Assembly: GCA_048213135.1 (NCBI GenBank)
Contig: PS015076.1
Span: forward strand, 1 to 54,112
DNA length: 54,112 nucleotides
Direction of reading: 5' to 3'
Origin: Reclinomonas americana ATCC 50394
Lineage: Eukaryota
The notes under the pieces were generated by a model. The model did no database searches. It saw only the letters and a list, made by a program, of their open reading frames with translations, and was not told where the DNA came from. Below are positions 49,622 through 54,112 of this stretch, piece after piece (within the stretch, counting starts at the first letter, position 1; every line of letters starts with the position of its first letter). Both the position numbers and the translations under genes were made by a program.

Positions 49622-50695
49622 TTAAAGATGCAGGGCAGGATCAACACTGCACCGGAACAGCACCGCCTCTGCATCCTCGACGACGAAGCAGCGCAGCACC
49701 ATCTCCGGCAAGCAGCGTTCCTCTTTCACTTCCTGCATCTCCTGAACCGCCAACATGGCCAGGCGTGCTTGATCAAGTTCAATGCGAGCAAGGCCGCACG
49801 GCGTGGACCACACGCGCACTGTCTCATCAACGCTCCCACTTACGATGTGTTGGCCATCGAAGGTGATGGCGACGGAGCGCACCCATCCATTGTGCCCATC
49901 CAGTCGCCGCACTTCCTCTCCGCTCGTCAATGACCACACCCGCACTGACTCGTCATAACTCCCGCTCACCACATGCTGGCCATCGCGAGTGACGGCGACG
50001 GAGCGCACGTACGAGAGACAAGTGTGTCCCTTTAGCTGTCGGACTTCTTCGCCACTGGACATAGACAACACTCGCACATTTTCGCCAACACCTCCGCTCA
50101 CAATGTGCTGACTATCGGGAGCGACAGCCAGAGACCACACAGCACCAGTGCATCCGGTGAAGAGTCGCACCAGCTCTCCACTCGCCACAGACCACAGTCG
50201 CACAGTCTTATCCTCACTGCCGCTCACAACAAACTGACCGTCGGGAGTGCCGGCAACAGACGTCACCGTGTCGGTGTGTCCCTCCAGCAGTCGCTCTTCT
50301 TCTCCACTCGCCATTGACCATATTCGCACGGTGGTATCACCAAAGCTACCACCGCTCACAATGTGCTGGCCATCGCAAGTGACTGCCACGCATCGCACGT
50401 AGCTAGTGTGTCCCTCCAGTTGTCGCACTTCTTCTCCACTCGCCAGGGACCACACCCGCACCGTCATGTCATGGCCACCACTCACCACGTGCTGACCGTC
50501 GGGAGTGACGGTGACGGAGAGCGCCTTTTCTGCATGTCCCTTCAATCGTCGCACCTCCTCTCCAGTCACCAGTGACCACACGCGCATAGTGCTGTCCTCA
50601 TTGCTGCTCACAGCATGCTGGCCGTCGGGAGTGACGGCGACAGCATACACCTTCCCAGGCGCCTTGATGCGCAGCCTGCAGAAGAAGAAAGGCAT
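49622..50695 (-). CDS. Intronless WD40 protein (7 repeats) with the LRCF.VEDA tail
   Basis: 357-aa ORF; tail ERCLPEMVLRCFVVEDAEAVLFRC. Confidence 0.92.
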   Translation of the reverse strand: MPFFFCRLRIKAPGKVYAVAVTPDGQHAVSSNEDSTMRVWSLVTGEEVRRLKGHAEKALSVTVTPDGQHVVSGGHDMTVRVWSLASGEEVRQLEGHTSYVRCVAVTCDGQHIVSGGSFGDTTVRIWSMASGEEERLLEGHTDTVTSVAGTPDGQFVVSGSEDKTVRLWSVASGELVRLFTGCTGAVWSLAVAPDSQHIVSGGVGENVRVLSMSSGEEVRQLKGHTCLSYVRSVAVTRDGQHVVSGSYDESVRVWSLTSGEEVRRLDGHNGWVRSVAITFDGQHIVSGSVDETVRVWSTPCGLARIELDQARLAMLAVQEMQEVKEERCLPEMVLRCFVVEDAEAVLFRCSVDPALHL

Positions 50696-50981
50696 GAAGA
50701 GGGAGGCTATGAGAGATGGAGGATGGTGGAGGAAGAAACGAAGGGGATGGATGGTGTGCGCTGCGCGTTCTGCGAGGCGTGTGTGTGTGAGGAGGACGAA
50801 GGGACGTCAACAAAAGTTTCCTCGTCCTTGTCGTCTCTGCTGGAGTCGACACTGCTGACTTGGAAAGGTAATGACGTCCACCTTCAACACCAAACGTCAA
50901 CACGGAAGACGCTGCATCATGGCCATAGTACACTTCTGCTTCAAGAAAAACAAAGCGACAGAACATCTCTGGCACCAAACT

Positions 50982-51899
50982 TCACAGATGCAGGGCGGGA
51001 TCAGCACGGCACCGGAACAGCACCGCCTCGGCGTCCTCGACAATGAAGCAGCGCAGCACCATCTCCGACAGGCAGCGCTCCTCTTTCGCCTCCTGCATCT
51101 CCTGAACTGCGTGCATGGCCAGGCGCGCTTGCTCCACGTCGATCAGCGCGAGCCCACACGGCGTCGACCACACGCACACCGTGGTATCCTCGCTCCCACT
51201 GACCACGTGCTGACCATTGGGAGTGACGGCGACAGACCACACGCAGTTGCAGTGCCCCTCCAACCTCTGCACCTCCGCACCACTCGCCATCGACCACACC
51301 CGCACCGTCGCATCATCGCCACCACTCACCGCATGTCGCCCATCAGGAGTGACCACAACAGATCGCACTCCCCCATCGTGACCCTCCATCCGCCACACCT
51401 CCTCACCACCTCCCAGCGACCACACCCGCACCGTGCCATCATTACTGCCACTGACAATGCGCTGACCGTCGGGCGTGACAACAATCGCCGTCACCCAACT
51501 ACTGTGCCCCAACATTCGTCGCACCTCCTTCCCACCTGCCAACAACCACACTCGCACCGTGTTATCCACACCGCCGGTCACCGCATGCCGCCCATCGGGT
51601 GAAAACGCGACCACTTGCACAGCGCCGTTATGTCCGCGCAACTGTAACCGTCGCACGCCCTTGTCACTTGCCGCCGACTTTTCCCGCACTGCCTTGGCGT
51701 TACTGTGCAGATCGTCGGCGACAACAACAATCGGCGGCAACAACTCATCTCCGCCGCCGCCGCCGACCTCATCTCCGCTTGCCACTGACCACACTTGTGT
51801 GGTGCGATACTCACCGCCGCTGACGATGCGCGCACCGTCAGCTGTCACGACGACTGTAAACACACGCTCTTGCGCTTGCAACACGCGACACACGAACAT
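50982..51899 (-). CDS. WD40 protein (5 repeats plus an insertion) with the LRCF.VEDA tail
   Basis: ORF 50982-51959, first ATG at 51899; tail ERCLSEMVLRCFIVEDAEAVLFRC. Confidence 0.88.
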   Translation of the reverse strand: MFVCRVLQAQERVFTVVVTADGARIVSGGEYRTTQVWSVASGDEVGGGGGDELLPPIVVVADDLHSNAKAVREKSAASDKGVRRLQLRGHNGAVQVVAFSPDGRHAVTGGVDNTVRVWLLAGGKEVRRMLGHSSWVTAIVVTPDGQRIVSGSNDGTVRVWSLGGGEEVWRMEGHDGGVRSVVVTPDGRHAVSGGDDATVRVWSMASGAEVQRLEGHCNCVWSVAVTPNGQHVVSGSEDTTVCVWSTPCGLALIDVEQARLAMHAVQEMQEAKEERCLSEMVLRCFIVEDAEAVLFRCRADPALHL

Positions 51900-51973
51900 T
51901 GAAGAAGTCCAACAAGGACAGTTGCAGGCTCGCGCGGCCGAACCTCTGTCCACTTTCACATCACACTTTCATA

Positions 51974-53619
51974 ATGGAGCAAGGTGCGTTGCCTTCCTCA
52001 TGCACACGCTCCTCCACTGCGCACACGTGTGCATGCACCACTCTCTTGTCGCGCACAATCATTCCCTTTCATTTGTTGTCACAAAGGTGGACATTTCTGT
52101 GACCATGTCTCTCACTCTTTTCTTTCTCTTTGTTTGTGTGTGTGCGCAGACGTTGCACACCGTTTGCCGACTTTCGAGACTCGCGCGGAGATCGAGTGCG
52201 GACTCGCGCAGCAAAGTCTGGAGGGTCTCGATGTGAGCTCATTGAATCCGTTGTCGCCGCAAGTCATTTCGCGACAGGCAACTATCAACATTGGTGAGTG
52301 CCTGTGTGCACACATAGAGCATACGTGTGTGTGTGAGAGAGAGAGAGAGAGTGCAATTCTATCATGGGATTCATTTTCGGGTGCATTTTGTGTTGTACTT
52401 GTTGGGGCGTGTGCGAGACTCACAAATGGCCTTGTGTTTTTTGCTTTTCAGGCACGATTGGTCATGTGGCGCACGGCAAGTCGACTGTGGTGAAGAGCAT
52501 CTCGGGCGTGCAGACTGTGCGCTTCAAGAACGAGATTCGTCGTAACATTACCATCAAGCTCGGCTACGCCAACGCCAAGATCTATCAGTGCCCGACGTGC
52601 CCGGCGCCGCAGTGCTTCCAGGCCTACGGCTCATCGACCGCCGATCGCAAGGAGTGCCGTCACTGCAACACGCCGATGGCGCTCATGCGTCACGTCTCGT
52701 TTGTCGACTGCCCCGGTCACGATATTCTCATGGCCACCATGCTCAACGGTGCCGCGGTCATGGACGCTGCGCTGCTGCTGATTGCCGCCAATGAGCCATG
52801 TCCGCAGCCGCAGACGGCCGAGCATTTGGCCGCCGTCGACATTATGCAGCTGAAGCATTTGATCATTCTGCAGNNNNNNNNNNNNNNNNNNNNNNNNNNN
52901 NNNNNNNNNNNNNNNNNNNNNNNNNNNNNNNNNNNNNNNNNNNNNNNNNNNNNNNNAACAAGATTGATTTGGTGCGCGAGTCTGCCGCCAAGGAGGTACG
53001 TTGTTGCTCTCTCTCTCTTTCTCCTTTTGATGGCCTCGCACCTCCCCCGTTTCCTCATTTTGTCGCCGACCAGCAATTCCGCGCCATCCGTGCCTTCATC
53101 AACGGCACAAATGCCGAGGGCAGCCCCATCATCCCCATCAGTGCACAGCTCGGCTTCAACGTCGACGCACTGCTGGAGTACATGGTCCGCACGATTCCGG
53201 TGCCGCAGCGGAATTTCGTGACGCGGCCGCGCATGATTGTGATTCGTTCGTTCGACGTCAACAAGGCCGGCACAGAGGTGGCCGGACTGAAGGGCGGCGT
53301 CGCCGGTGGCAGTATCATTGAGGGCGTGTTGAGGGTTCGTCTCTCGGTCGAGGACAAGTCACCGTCTCTCTTATTAGTTGGATGATGTACTCATGTGTTG
53401 GTGTGGGCGGGCGAGCAGAAGGGACAAGACATCGAGGTCAGACCGGGCATTGTGTCGCGCATGGACGACGGCCGACAGAAGTGCACACCGATCCGAACAC
53501 GCATCACATCACTGTACGCCGAGGAGAACGAGTTGCAGTTTGCCGTACCCGGTGGTCTCATTGGTGTCGGCACCAAGATTGATCCCACGCTGACGCGCCA
53601 GGATCGACTTGTTGGGCAG
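51974..53619 (+). CDS. EIF2S3: Translation initiation factor 2 gamma; continues beyond the window
   Basis: MEQ|D..., [105 protein letters not shown]. Confidence 0.97.
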
Positions 53620-54031
53620 GTGCGTTGCGAAGGGGAAGGGGGCAGAAGGGCAAGGGAGAGGGGGTAAAAGGGAAATGCGGGAGGGGCAGGGGGGAGATGG
53701 AGTGGAGAAAGGGAGGGAGAAGGAAAGATTGTCTGGCTGACAGATAGTAAGGGGGCAGACTCAGACGACCAAAAAAGAGTGGTGAGAGAGATAAGTGGAT
53801 TCAAACACACTTAGTGCGTGTGTGTGTGTGTGTGCGAGAGAGAGAGAGAGAGAAGAAGAAGAAGAAGAAGAAGACAGATTGTGTGTTTCTGAGCGAGAGA
53901 GAGGAAGGAAGGAAAGAGACTGGCTGACTAGCTGCCAGTGAGGGGCATGGAATGAGTCCGGACAGAATGTGTGTGTGATTGAGAGGGGCAGCGAAGAGGA
54001 ATGCGGCTCCAACTATTGAAGAGAACGTCTG

Positions 54032-54087
<56 letters not shown>

Positions 54088-54112
54088 AGGTGACAGACTG
54101 AGAAGAAACAAG

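Noticed and set aside
44887-50575. Antisense and alternate-frame ORFs over the WD40 genes
   Set aside because: Shadow ORFs of GC-rich repetitive coding sequence.

Overview
Intron-rich, GC-rich eukaryotic (protist-like) draft scaffold with 16 N-gaps and introns full of CT/CA microsatellites. Housekeeping genes: a BRG1/SNF2-type chromatin remodeller (-), MCCC1-like biotin carboxylase (+), Ykt6 (-), mevalonate kinase (-), a RhlG-like SDR (+), a NATD1-like GNAT (-) and eIF2-gamma (+). Accessory content: a SAM-like/GGCT-fold gene, a bacterial-type AAA-ATPase + PD-(D/E)XK gene, five WD40 genes sharing an unnamed C-terminal 'LRCF.VE(D/E)A' tail, a stand-alone UVRAG-type C2 gene, and an ~11 kb head-to-tail array of six mosaic copies of a two-exon gene ending in a SAM-like domain. 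Many frame-validated introns start GTTGCGT/GTTTCG, which is the local donor consensus shifted by one base. Two gap-bounded contigs (11113-12383, 23587-24738) appear inverted. All gene models were hand-spliced, and domain names come from motif recognition, not database searches.
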